From NCBI GenBank assembly GCA_951406725.2, contig OX597817.1, forward strand, positions 91,450,001 through 91,514,000: 64,000 nucleotides of DNA. Reading direction: 5' to 3'. A program made the position numbers and the translations under genes. Source of the DNA: Octopus vulgaris. Lineage: Eukaryota. The stretch's first letter is position 1; each line of letters begins with the position of its first letter. The notes beneath the pieces were generated by a model, which searched no databases, had not been told where the DNA came from, and was given only the letters and a program-made list of their open reading frames with translations. Positions 1 to 11,838 of this stretch are shown here, piece after piece.

Positions 1-925
1 CTTCATGGTAGTGAAACATAGGCCGTGACTGCAGAGGACATGCGTAGACTTGAAAGAAATGAAGCTAGCATGATCCGCTGGATGTGTAATGTCAGTGTGA
101 ATGCACGACAGAGTGTAAGCACCCTGAGAGAAATGCTGGACATAAGAAGCATCAGATGTGGTGTGCAAGAGCGACGCTTGTGATGGTATGGTCATGTACT
201 GCGGATGGATGAGGAGAGATGTGTGAAGAAGTGCCGCACCCAAACAGTTGAAGGAATCAGGGGGAGAGGTAGACCCAGGAAGACATGGGATGAGGTAGTC
301 AAGCATGACCTCATAGCTTTAGGCCTCACTGAGGCAATGGTGAAGGACCGAGATCTCTGGAGATGTCCTGTGACTGCAAAGACCCGGGATGCTTCCGGCA
401 CCAGTTCCGCATAGCCCCTGCCCATTCAAAGTACCTTGGATCCCAGAACATCTCCCTGTGCTTGAGGAGACTTGTTGTGTCAAGTGCATGTACATGAACA
501 TCGAAACAAATATCAATGGAAATAGTAGTTGTGATACCTGTGCCGGTGGCACATAAAAAGCACCATCCGAACGTGGCCGTTGCCAGCGCCACCTCGACTG
601 GCTTCTGTGCCGGTGGCACATAAAAAGCACCATCCGAACATGGCCGATGCCAGCGCTGCCTTGGCTGGCTTCCGTGCCGGTGGCACATTAAAAGCACCAA
701 CCGATCATGGCCGATGTCAGACCCTCCTGGCACCTGTGCAGGTGGCACGTAAAAAGCACCCACTACACTCGCAGAGTGGTTGGCGCTAGGAAGGGCATCC
801 GGCTGTAGAAACACTGCCCGATCAGACTGGAGCCTGGTGCAGCCCCTGGCTTCCCAGAGCCCGGTCGAACCGTCCAACTCGTGCTAGCGTGGAAAACGGA
901 CGTTAAACGATGATGATGATGATGA
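1..925 (+). mobile_element. RTE-clade LINE, 3' portion (ORF2 C-terminus with stop, repeat-containing 3' UTR, (GAT)n tail)
   Basis: LHGSET..., RGRGRPRKTWDEVVKHDL; 3' end ggacgttaaac(gat)n; homologous to 16631-19125. Confidence 0.9.
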
Positions 926-1132
926 TAATATATATATATATATATATATTTTGTTAAATCTTCGTCCAGCTCCATTTCTTCCTACACTAAATATATAAAA
1001 CTTCAAATTTCCGCACTAAGGCCCCATGTTCGTAACCTCAACCGTGCTTTTTCTGTTGTGATTTTTGCTACCTAGGTGTTGGTTATCATTTGAATAATCC
1101 GTAATAAGATAATTCATTTATCTACTTCAATA

Positions 1133-1164
<32 letters not shown>

Positions 1165-1674
1165 CACATTATTTTTATTATTCTTGTACAATAACGTCAT
1201 TGACACTGACTTTGAAGTTACAGCCAACTAAGCCTTCATTGGACTGTAGTTTTATGATGGCTTAGCAAGCTGAAACTTTGAAGTCACTGTCAACAATATT
1301 TCTGAAAAACAATGATAAATTTGTACTTCACAAAAGTACAGAGTAACCCATTAGATTAAAGTAAAACTGTTTTTATTAAAACAGAACTCAAAAACAAACA
1401 TTAATATACAAACAGAAAGACAGAAAGACATAAAATTCAGGGATCGAGGTGCAGGAAGAAAGTTAGCTTCAAGCAATCTGTAGTAAATATATAAAAACAA
1501 CTTTCAGGGACAATAGTGGTTTATTGAGACGGAAGGCTGTGAATTTTTTCTTCTTTTTTTTTTGCATATCGAAGTATGCTAAACTGAAAAAATGTTCATT
1601 TTATATTTCATGATCGGCAACCAGGGTTGCTGGGTGTGCGAATAAGATTACATGAGTTAAGGAATGGAGTAGAT

Positions 1675-1777
1675 AAGATCTGGGCTACATATGTTTCATA
1701 GTGAGTGGAACCTCAGAAGTGGTAAATATCCAAGCGTGGTGTATAGTGCAGGCTACTCTTCAGGCCAAAGAGATCTT
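1675..1777 (-). ncRNA. Type I hammerhead ribozyme motif (Penelope pseudo-LTR type)
   Basis: Minus strand: AAGAUCU-cuuu-GGC CUGAAGA GUAG...CUAU GAAA CAUAUG UA^GCC-c-AGAUCUU. Core is intact, stems I and II pair, stem III is palindromic, cleavage triplet GUA. Confidence 0.75.
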
Positions 1778-1799
1778 GATCCAAGTGGGGTGATTACCA

Positions 1800-2298
1800 C
1801 ACCTAAGAAGCATCAGATGTAGTGTGCAAGAGAGACGACTGCGCTGGTATGGTCATGTGGCGAGAATGGATGAGGATAGCTGTGTGTAAAAGTGCCTCAC
1901 CCTAGCAGGTGAGGGAACCTGTGGAAGAGGTAGACCCAGGAAGACCTGGGATGAAGTAGTGAAGCACGACCTTCAAACATTAGGCCTCACCGAGGCAATG
2001 ACCAGTGACTGCGACTTTTGGAAATATGCTGTGCTTGAGAAGACCCGGCAAGCCAAGTGAAACCATAACCTTGCAGCCTATGCCAGGGGTGTAACCAGCC
2101 CACTTATGCATACCTTCCCTTCATTGGACACTGCTTGCGAAGACCTGTTGAGGCAAGTGAAATCGAAATCAAATTCGATGACTGGCATCCATGCTAGTGG
2201 AGCACTAAGAGCACCATCCAAGCGTGATCATTGCCGGAGCCGCTAACTGGTGTTCGTGCCAGTGGCACGTAAAAACCACCATTCAAGTGTGATCATTA
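1800..2298 (+). mobile_element. RTE LINE 3' fragment
   Basis: Encodes ERRLRWYGHVARMDED...GRGRPRKTW, followed by the start of the repeat-containing 3' UTR. Confidence 0.85.
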
Positions 2299-2317
2299 TG
2301 TAAATAGAGGAACTTAT

Positions 2318-2505
2318 CTGTAAATATAATATGTGACAATTATTCGGTAGCCATGATAAAACTCCGATTTTCAGATGTCAGGGTGGAAGCCCATACCATG
2401 GCCTGATAACTAAAGAGATGGTGGCATGGGTTTCTGCCCCGACATCCAAAACTGGGAGTTTTATCATGGCTACCAAATAATTGTCACATATTATATTTAC
2501 AGATG
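2318..2505. repeat. Palindromic hammerhead-family repeat (degenerate core), same family as 19716 and 39520
   Basis: Inverted arms (tgtgacaattattcggtagccatgataaaactc / gagttttatcatggctaccaaataattgtcaca); + strand reads CUAAAGA GAUG...CAUCC AAAA. Confidence 0.65.
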
Positions 2506-2545
2506 AATATGTATATATATATATATACAGAAGCAAGGTACTTAC

Positions 2546-2701
2546 CAATTGAGTCTTGGAGAAAGTAGGTAAGTCTGCTGTTACGATATGGTACATGAGT
2601 TCTTCGTTCTGCCAGTGCTCCTAAGACATCAGCCAGAGCAGAGAGACTCTTGTTGATACTAGACGTTTCACGAAATGCGGCACCCTTAACACCAGATAAT
2701 C
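2546..2701 (-). CDS. KIF25: Internal exon (156 nt, phase 1/1) of a kinesin-14 KIF25-like motor protein
   Basis: Minus strand reads tttcag|GA TTA TCT GGT...TCA ATT G|gtaagt and translates (G)[52 protein letters not shown], the kinesin alpha4/L12 motifs ([18 protein letters not shown]). Splice sites are canonical. Confidence 0.93.
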
Positions 2702-2863
2702 CTGAAATTAATAGAGACTCTTCATTTTTAACAGAATATTACAATCTTTTTTTTAATTCAAGTGTGTTCAGTTGATGGTGGGATTAAAGGCATCAGTAGT
2801 GGTAATAATGGTGATAGAGATAGTGATAACATTGATGATGAAGGCTGAGTAACAGTAATGGTT

Positions 2864-3130
2864 GTGGTGATGGTGGAGATACTAGTGGTGTTATTATTAG
2901 TGGTGATGGTGGAGATGCTAGTGGTGTTATTATTAGTGGTGATGGTGGAGATGCTAGTGGTGTTATTATTAGTGGTGATGGTGGAGATGCTGCTAGTGGT
3001 GTTATTATTAGTGGTGATGGTGGAGATGCTAGTGGTGTTATTATTAGTGGTGATGGTGGAGATGCTAGTGGTGTTATTATTAGTGGTGATGGTGGAGATG
3101 CTAGTGATGTTATTATTAGTGGTGATGGTG
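2864..3130. repeat. 36-bp minisatellite, about 7 copies
   Basis: Unit gtggtgatggtggagatgctagtggtgttattatta; explains the spurious ORFs 2758..3144 and 2858..3178. Confidence 0.9.
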
Positions 3131-3999
3131 GTAGTGGTAGACAACCATCATGTTAACATTAATTGTGGCAGCCCTTAGGCTTTTCTGCTGACAAGACTTT
3201 CTGGTGGTGTTTAGGTTGTTTGGTGTTTATTTTCTACACCTGAAAGAGAGAGAATTGGTGTAATCTTTTAAGGATTGTGAAGGGTTCTCACGTATGACTA
3301 GATATTCTCAACTTATCACTTTACTACTGTACACAACACTTACATGGTTAAGTATTAACCTTCGATTTGCAGTTAGGACTTTTAGATTTTTCATTGATTT
3401 GACTGTCATGCATTTGGTGTATGTGTGTGTGTGTTTTGCTCTTTTACAATTGTGAGTTCTCACCTAAAAGCATGGACTGAGAACAATTAATTGTGCCAGC
3501 TACCTGATGGGATTAAAGCATCCTCATTACTCTTTAACACTTTATATTCAGAATTGCAGCTCTCCTAGAAGTTTTCATGTCATATATCCTAGCTGGATCA
3601 CTTTCACTTCAGTTATAGCACCATATTTCTCCCTAATGCTGGGATGGATGCAGCAGTTTTGATTAAAAAGCTTGAATTCATGGATTGATTTCATATAAGG
3701 TCTAACTGTGACATGACACTGTTTCATGATGTAGCTAGCATAGAGTATTTAGTAACTAGTTAGTTGACAGTCTCCTGCAACAGTCACAGCTTGCATCGTG
3801 GTCCTTACAGTGTGTGACAGATGGCTGGGGATTATATTGTCTCCATGGTGCTAGATAGAGGGAGGGTGACAAACAGTGTTTCCATCATAAAAGCCAGGGA
3901 GAAGATTAGCTGGCAAACTGAGCAAAATGAGTGAAGGCTATCACTATTTGTGTGACCACCTTCATATTTTCACAGCATGCAATGAAGGGAATTTATATA

Positions 4000-4425
4000 C
4001 ACAGGCGCAAGAATGGCTGTATGGTAAGTAGCTTGCTTACCAGCCTCATGGTTCCAGGTTCATTCTCACTGCATGGCATCTTGGGCAAATGTCTCCTACT
4101 ATAGCCTTGGGCCAACCAAAGCCTTGTGAGTGGATTTGGTAGATGGAAACTGAAAGAAGTCCGTCGTGTATATGTATATATATGTGTATGTTTGTGTGTC
4201 TGTGTTTGTCCCCCCCACCCACCCACAACATCGCTTGACAACCGATGGTGGTGTGTTTACATCCCTGTAATTTAGCGGTTCAGCAAAAGAGACCAATAGA
4301 ATAAGTACTCGGCTTACAAAGAATAAGTCCTGGGGTCGACTTGCTCGACTAAAGGCAGTGCTCCAGCATGGCTGCAGTCAAATGACTGAAACAAGTAAAA
4401 GAGAAAAGAGAAAGAGAAAGAGAGA
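4000..4425 (+). mobile_element. tRNA-derived CORE-type SINE (octopus OR2-like)
   Basis: A/B-box-like head (tggtaag...ggttca), CORE-like cttgggcaaatgtctcctactatagcc, internal (TG)/(TA) tract, tail gctccagcatggctgcagtcaaatgactgaaac. Further copies at about 5790-6140(-), 12635-13045(+), 45315-45470(-), 47850-48180(-), 62945-63145(-) and 63760-63905(-). Confidence 0.75.
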
Positions 4426-7030
4426 TACATTTATAAAATTTAAGTGAAATGCTATTCACTTGCCGGTGACACTTATAAAAAGTGCCCAGTACACTCTGTA
4501 AAGTGGTTGGCATTAGGAAGAGCTTCCAGCAGTAAAATTAGGAAGAGTATCCAGCCATAGAAGCCAAGCCAAAACAGATATTTGGTGTCTGGTGCAGCTC
4601 TCTGGTTTAACAGCTCCAGCCAAACAGTCTAATCCATGTTAGCATTATATAATGTTGATGGTGATGAGGAGGATTTACTTAAACTAAAAGTATTCATTGT
4701 ACCTCTTTTGACAAATTGAATATAATATGCCATGTACATAAGCTACTAAAATGAACAAGGATGATTACTGAGAAAATGCTGATAAAAATGGTGAGCTATT
4801 TTGTTATTACCAACACCTGTACTGATTCTGGAGAGAGCTATGATAAAAAATGTTCCAGCGATGACCATTCTGTCGTTTTATACATCTAGGAGGACATTAT
4901 CTTTGAAACAGCAGAGGGATGTGAACTAATGGAAATTTAGTTATGGTCAGGAACTGGGGAAAGTCACTTTGTAACATCAGAGTAATCTGGTGTTAGGGAT
5001 CCTTCTCGTTAATTTTGTTGTTCTACATTGTTATTACTATTCATTGCTATTAATTTCTGAATGTGAAGTCATTGTTATTGTTTTACCCTTCTTACTCTAC
5101 GTAAATCCCAGTCACTGTTTCTTGCTCTTTTTCTTTTGTATGTTGTTTTTGAACTGTTCCCATCATCATGTCATTTCTAGCTGCTTATAAAAGAGATCAA
5201 ATGTCTCCTCACCTTGCAGCCTTATGCCAAATAAAGATAACTGGATTGTTAGAATCATTAGTGTTGAACAAAATGCCTTGCCTTAGGTATATCTTCCACC
5301 TTTTTATGTTCTTAAAAGAATATGAGATCAATTAGCTTTGATCTTCTTGCCTGTGTGGATATGACTATCCCAGAGTATGACCACTTCATCATTCTTTGAT
5401 ATCTAGTTTAGTGTTTACTTATACTGATTTTTTTTTATTGGTATCTCATAATATTGATGTAATTTCCATTGTAAGTCTTAACTCTGTTCTGGCTGTGGAG
5501 GTATTCATTCTTGGCTAAGATTGGGCAACTGGAAACAATGTAATCAATTATCACTTCCCCACTTCTACATATTGTACAATTACATACTGTATTCTGTTTC
5601 ATTAAGTTTTTTTTTTTTTTTTGGTAATTTCTGGAAAGCTATGATTTTGTACCATAATTAAGAATCCTGCAGTTGAAGGCTTGAGTCATGCATCTCTTGA
5701 CTAGTGCTACTATTTCATTCAGCCCAGTTCAAATTTTGTTATGTATTTCAAAGATGGAAACTGAAAGAAACTGGTTCAAAATATGTATCTTTTGTCTTTT
5801 ATCCTCTAATTATCTTAGTCATTAGACTGCGCCCATACTGGGGCACTGCCTTGAAGACATTTTAGTCAAATTAGTTGAAACTAGTACTTATTTTATCTTT
5901 TGTTAAGCCTGATACTTATTCTATCACTCTTTTTTGCTGAACCACTAGGCTACAGGGATGTGAACACACCAACACAAGTTGTCAAGCGGTGGTGGGGGGA
6001 CAAGTACAAAGACATGCACATATAGATATATACGATGGGCGTCTTTCACTTTCTACCTACCAAATCCACTCACACTTACCCAAGGTGCCACAGAGTGAGA
6101 TTGACACAGAACCATGTTGTTGGGAAGCAAGCTTCTTGCCATGCAGTATGTTAATGTATGTATATTATATGTTAATTAGTGTGTATGTGCATATGTTTCC
6201 TTATGTTGACATACAATAGATATAAAACAAGCATCACTCTCGCACAGGAGGTGTTTGCTGTTTCCTGTCTCCTGTGTAAACATTTCCTGTCATAAAGAAA
6301 TATCACCTTACTGGGAAACAAGTGGGGGTTGACAACAGGAAGGGTATCAGACCATAGAAGATCTGCCTCAACAAACCCTGTTAACCCATACAAACATGAT
6401 TTTCCATGTTTGCGTGGGTTAACAACATTCAGTTAAAATGCTGCAAATGGTGACAATGACAATAATGATGAGGACAATAGCAGCAGGGGTGGCAGGGATG
6501 ATGATGATGACAATGATGACAATGATGATGATGATATATTAACCACATAGGAGCTTTTCTTGCTATTGATTTAACAGGACATTATGTTGTCCCATTTTGT
6601 AGCTTAGTCTTTAACTTTTTCTGATTTTTATTGTTAATACCATATTCCCATCAGGACTGCCTATCACTTCAGACTTTGGATTTTATTTGTTAGATTCCTT
6701 GAAAATAGAAAATATGTTTCTTGCCTTATCTTTCTATGTTTCGTTCACATTTCATACTCTATTTGTAGTAATTTTCTATTGCTTTTTTTACTAGATATTT
6801 TTGTAATATTACAGTGGGTACTTTATAATAATTTCTTGTTGCATCAAGCTTCTACCATTTTGTATTCATGGTAAACGAAACTTTTGTCAGATTTTGGGTG
6901 GTGTTTCTAAATACTGACATTACTTTTGTTTTATTTTGCTGTCTGGTGTTGCTAGTTTATTTAACAATCCATTGATATTATAAGTATTTCTGGGACACCA
7001 AGTGTGTTGATACCTGTTACCTTATTACTA

Positions 7031-7073
<43 letters not shown>

Positions 7074-7082
7074 TATTAATAA

Positions 7083-10000
7083 TCATACTATAATGAGCGT
7101 AATGTCTGTCTGTCTGTACCCTTCTGACAGTCAAACAGCTGGACCAATGGTCACAATGTTTTTTGGGATTACGAAGGAAATAATCAGGCAGGTTTTTAGC
7201 ATAAAAAGTATGAAAAAAATATGATCCTTTCATGGATATTGAAAGTAATTGTTCAGTTTACAGGCATACAAAAATTAAATAAAAATTAAGGGGAGATAAC
7301 TCCTAATAAAAGCAGCAATGGGAAGTAAATCAACTTACTTCTCCACTGAATTACGCCATAAGCTTTATTAAGGAAAGTTTGTGATGGCTTTGGCTCATCT
7401 TTAATTGGCGTATGACTAGTATGAACTTTGTCAATAATGACTGTATGCATAAAGTTGTGTAATGCTTTATTAAATTTTCCTTTGTTCCACACCATTATGA
7501 CCTGGAAACGGAAATCAGGAATTGATAGGACTGCCAGAAAAGCTGTTGCTATATAAAGTAAGAGACAATCTAACAGTGAATACAGACAAGCCCAACAGAA
7601 TAAGGATATAGAAGCTCCTAGAATTCGCTGTGATACAGAAGTGAGAGCACTGGAACTGAGCAGGGATACACTAGCTTGCCAAATAACACAGAGAAATCCT
7701 CAAGTGAAAGCACTGGAATAGATATGGGACGCTCTAGCTTACCGAAAACCAAGACAAGTGCAAGTACAAGTGGAAGATAATGCCTTGGTAAGCATTTCCC
7801 TTGTTGAATATGACAATGAATGGATTACAGATTACAATTTGATAGCGATGCAGGAAAACTTTATTGAAAGTAACATTCCATTATCATACTTTTCTCACTA
7901 CTGCAGCAGCTTGGGTGATTATGTATACCTACATTGTTATTCAAAGCACTGGCCAGCAGAACCACTTTCCCTCTGTTGTGAAAATAGTAAAGTTCAGCTG
8001 CAATCCATCCCCAATTTGTCAGCAGACATTGTGTCGTTATGGAACGATAACAATTTCATAACAAATATTCGAGCATATAATAACGCATTCACATTTGCTT
8101 CCATTGGTTGTGTTGTTGATACCTCGATAACTGGATTTAGTCCCACATTTAAAATCCAAGGTAAAGTGTATCACACCATTGGAAGTTTACTGCCAGATGC
8201 CAATCAACTGCCATCATTTGCACAGCTGTACTTCTTTGATACACATTATGAGACCAAAAATCAAATAAAACATGATCTACAGGCAGATATATTGACGAAA
8301 CTACAAGGTGATATTTGGCAAGTAAATCCATATGTAGCATCATTTCAAATTGCTATAGAACTTTCGGCAGATGAGGATATTTTGATTTTTCTATACCATG
8401 ACATAAGGCTCAAACCTATTTCTCTACTATCCACAAGGGGCTAAACACAGAGAGGATAAACAAGGACAGACAAATGGGTTAAGTCGATTATATCGACCCC
8501 AGTGCGTAACTGGTACTTAATTTATCGACCGTGAAAGGATGAAAGGCAAAGTCAACCTCGGCGGAATTTGAACTCAGAACGTAATGGCAGACGAAATACA
8601 GCTACGCATTTCGCCCGGCGCGCTAACGTTTCTGCCAGCTCGCCACCTTTATTCATGACATAAGGCTCAAACCATCTGAGACTCACTGTTGCCAGTGCAA
8701 TTTGCCTAAGAATTCAGAGGTGACTGCTTTGGTTCCAGGTGATATCAAGAACCCTTTAGATGTCATCATATACTGCCGTATTGGACATGTTCAGTGAATA
8801 AACTCTATCCATTGATTGTATAATCTGCTGCATTATGTTCTGCAACTACTGGAGGGAACAGACAGTTGGCAGCTCAATATGAAAAAATCAAATGGACAAA
8901 TATTAACAGCTATGAATTTTTACGCTTACCAGCTTCAGGTAAGAAGTAATTCGGATAATCATATCATGTGAAGTAGAAGAATTTTACAGCAGTATGCTGT
9001 AGATCAGTGAGCGAAAGTAGAATGGAGCAGGCTAAGGTGGGTGGAACTCCATAAAACAACAATCAGAGCAGAAAAATACTCAGGGTAGCTAGATGCTGTC
9101 AACCAAACTGATTTTCACCTTGAGCATGAGTGGTGGAACCAGCAAAACATATCTTATCAATGCCATCATAGATTTTCTACGTTCGGAGAAAAAAATCGTA
9201 CTCGCCACAGCTCTATCTGGGATTGCAGCAATATTGCTGAACAATGATGATGATGATGAATTGCCAGACATTTCATTCTCGGTTCAAAGTGACCATAAAC
9301 ATAACACCAGAGTCTTGCTGTAATGTGTCATCTCGGGATGCAACTGTGCAACTCTTCAGAATGACCAGTCTAATAATAGTTGATGGAGTCTGCTAAGGCA
9401 ACAAGCCCATATATGAATGCTTGGATCATTCCCTATGCGATATCAGAATGAACGAATCCCTGTTTGGTGGAGTATGTGTTCGTTTTGTAGGCGACTGGAA
9501 GCAGATTCTACCTGTTGTTAAACATGGTAGTCAAGCCCAAATAATGCAAGCCACTTTGGAAACATAGTACATCTAGATGGAGTTGAGTCTAAAGAAAAGC
9601 ATAAGGGTATGAAATTCTTCAGAAGCAACTTTTACAACCTATTTAAGCAACATCGGTTCCGGACAATGTTTGTTCTCTGACCCACTGAGGAATGTGATTC
9701 AAATTAGGCCAGATTTTGTACTCGAAACGTCATCTAGTTCTGAAATATGCAAATTCGTCTTTAACAATTTAAATGAAAGCTATAAAATCACATCAAGGCT
9801 GTGTTTGCAAGCTGTCATCGCCTCAACTAATGAAGTGGTAAACAGTGTGAATGAGCACATAGTTATCAACTTCCCAGGGGAAAGTCGAGAGTATTGTAGT
9901 TCAGATGCAATAGATGACGAAAACTACCATCAACACCCACAGGACTTCTTGAACAACTTAAATCCATAGGGATTACCACTCCATAAAATCAACTTGAAAA

Positions 10001-10507
10001 AGAACTGTCCGATAATGATCCTTAGGAATTTTGATCCAGCTAATAGACGCTGCAATGGAATATGATACATGGTAGCAGAACTAAATTCCAATGTTACTTA
10101 AGCAGTGATTGCAACTGGCCCCCACAATGGTAAGCACCTGTTCATTCTATGGATACCCCTTATACCAACTGATAACCAGTTTCTGTTCCAATTAAGACAC
10201 AAGCAGTTTCCTATAAAACTGACATTCTCATTCACAGCAAACAAGGCTCAGAGGTAGACTTTAGATTGTGTAGGTGTATTTTTACCGACTCCAATGTTTA
10301 CACACAGCCAGTTATATGTCGCTATAAGTAGAGCCACTGACTCCAGTAATTTGAAAATTAGTGTCAACCACACACAAAATATCATCTACAAAGAAGTTTT
10401 GTAATCTTATTGATATCAAAATCCATTTACACATTTTTCAATATATACCGTTTCTATGATTTCCCTCTCTCATTTCTGCCTCCATCATAGATGGGTAGAT
10501 TTGCTAG
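7083..10507 (+). mobile_element. Degenerate Helitron (Rep-helicase pseudogene)
   Basis: Rep-region motifs NIRAYNNAFTFASIG, FKIQGKVYHTIGSLLP, FAQLYFFDT; PIF1 motifs GGTSKTYLINAI and GDWKQILPVV; 5' a|TC with (tctg)n; 3' hairpin ccatc-ata-gatgg then CTAG|t at 10504-10507. Many stops and frameshifts. Confidence 0.9.
8417..8650 (-). mobile_element. tRNA-derived SINE inserted in the Helitron, 20-bp TSD
   Basis: catgacataaggctcaaacc is duplicated at 8397-8416 and 8654-8673. tRNA-like head (gagttcaaattcc) and central domain gactttgcctttcatcctttc...gataaattaagtaccag. Confidence 0.85.
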
Positions 10508-10683
10508 TAATAATAATAATGATAATAACAACAACAACAACAATAATTATACTTTAATCTCACTGATCTTTGCACTGTAAAATTTGAGGCCTTGGGTAAT
10601 GAAATTCTTTTATATTTCATGTTCTGGTATCCAGTTGCGAGATATTATTTCCAGTTTTGTGCCAAAGGGAGAGAAAATTAAAA

Positions 10684-10717
<34 letters not shown>

Positions 10718-11316
10718 GGTGGTGGTGGTGGTATATAAATGGGAACAACTATATAAGATAAATATGAAATCATTGTGCAACAACAGTCAACTCTCTCCAA
10801 TTACCAATGCATTACAACATAAAAAAGAGCAACAACAACAACAACTACACCACATAGCACAGCTGCTATTACCACTTCCTCTAACACCACAACCAACTTC
10901 ATTCTCTGTTCCTAAAACATCCACATGTATCATCTCCTACCAACACTACTACCACTCCATCCAACCTCTCCACCACCACCAACTATAACCAATATCAGTA
11001 TCACTACAACCACCACCACCATTACCACCATCACTACCAGTGCTATTGTCACTGCTCATACTATCAGTACCACTACCACCATCAATACTTCCACTACTTA
11101 TGCTACTATTACCACTACTACAACACTACTCCAACCAACTCCACTACCACCACTTCTATATTCAATCTTTCCTTCTCAGAATGCCAGTCCACAGGTCTCA
11201 GTGGGTTATAAAGGTTGCCTTGGATAAAACCATTTTTTCCTACCTGGGCTATTTAAGAGAAAATCTTGTCACAAAACTGTTGTTGGTGTTATTGTTTTAC
11301 AATTGACCATTTAAAC

Positions 11317-11838
11317 CATAGGTTCTCAAAGCGGGCGCTACTGCCCTACGGTAGGCATTGAGAGGGTCCAGGTAGGCGCTGATGTCAAAGGGGATGATGT
11401 GGGGATGATGGTCGGTAGAGAAAAAGTAGGCATTGGAGGACGCTATGAATTTATTATAATAGTATTATGGTATTGTGTACAAATTATATAATATTATATT
11501 AAATATCAAATAATTCATAGTATATATAAATTAGGGACAATTGAAAAGGTTGCAAGATGCAACAAAAATTTTAGGAAAATAGAAATAAGGAATAAGTGGA
11601 AATTTTACCAGTGAGTGTGTTAAATTATAAGGCACAAAAAGAGAATGACTCTCTCCAGACACAACAGAATATGCTTCAACACACAAACTCACATAAAGAA
11701 TCTTGCAAACCAAATCCAAAAACGAAATATATAAATTAGTAAAATATAAAATATTTATTTATACATAAAAATAGGGGTCGGGGCGCTGAGGGTATTATGT
11801 GGTCATTGGGGGGTGGGCAAACAGTTTGAGAACCTCTG
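11317..11838. mobile_element. Non-autonomous hAT-like element with a nested repeat (11530-11730)
   Basis: TIRs cataggttctcaaa / tttgagaacctctg; 8-bp TSD atttaaac / atttaacc with central TA. The nested piece is homologous to 14060-14230. Confidence 0.7.

Noticed and set aside
2758-3178. Mucin-like or hydrophobic repeat proteins
   Set aside because: Translations of a 36-bp minisatellite; no splice or homology support.
3240-3463. Apparent 104-nt minus-strand intron (gtaagt at 3343, tttcag at 3240) with flanking exon-like segments
   Set aside because: The downstream segment has stops in all three frames and no kinesin similarity; cryptic sites or a non-coding isoform cannot be supported without RNA data.
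6641-6698. Candidate minus-strand micro-exon (ttttcaag|...|gtatta)
   Set aside because: Stops in all frames and a weak donor.
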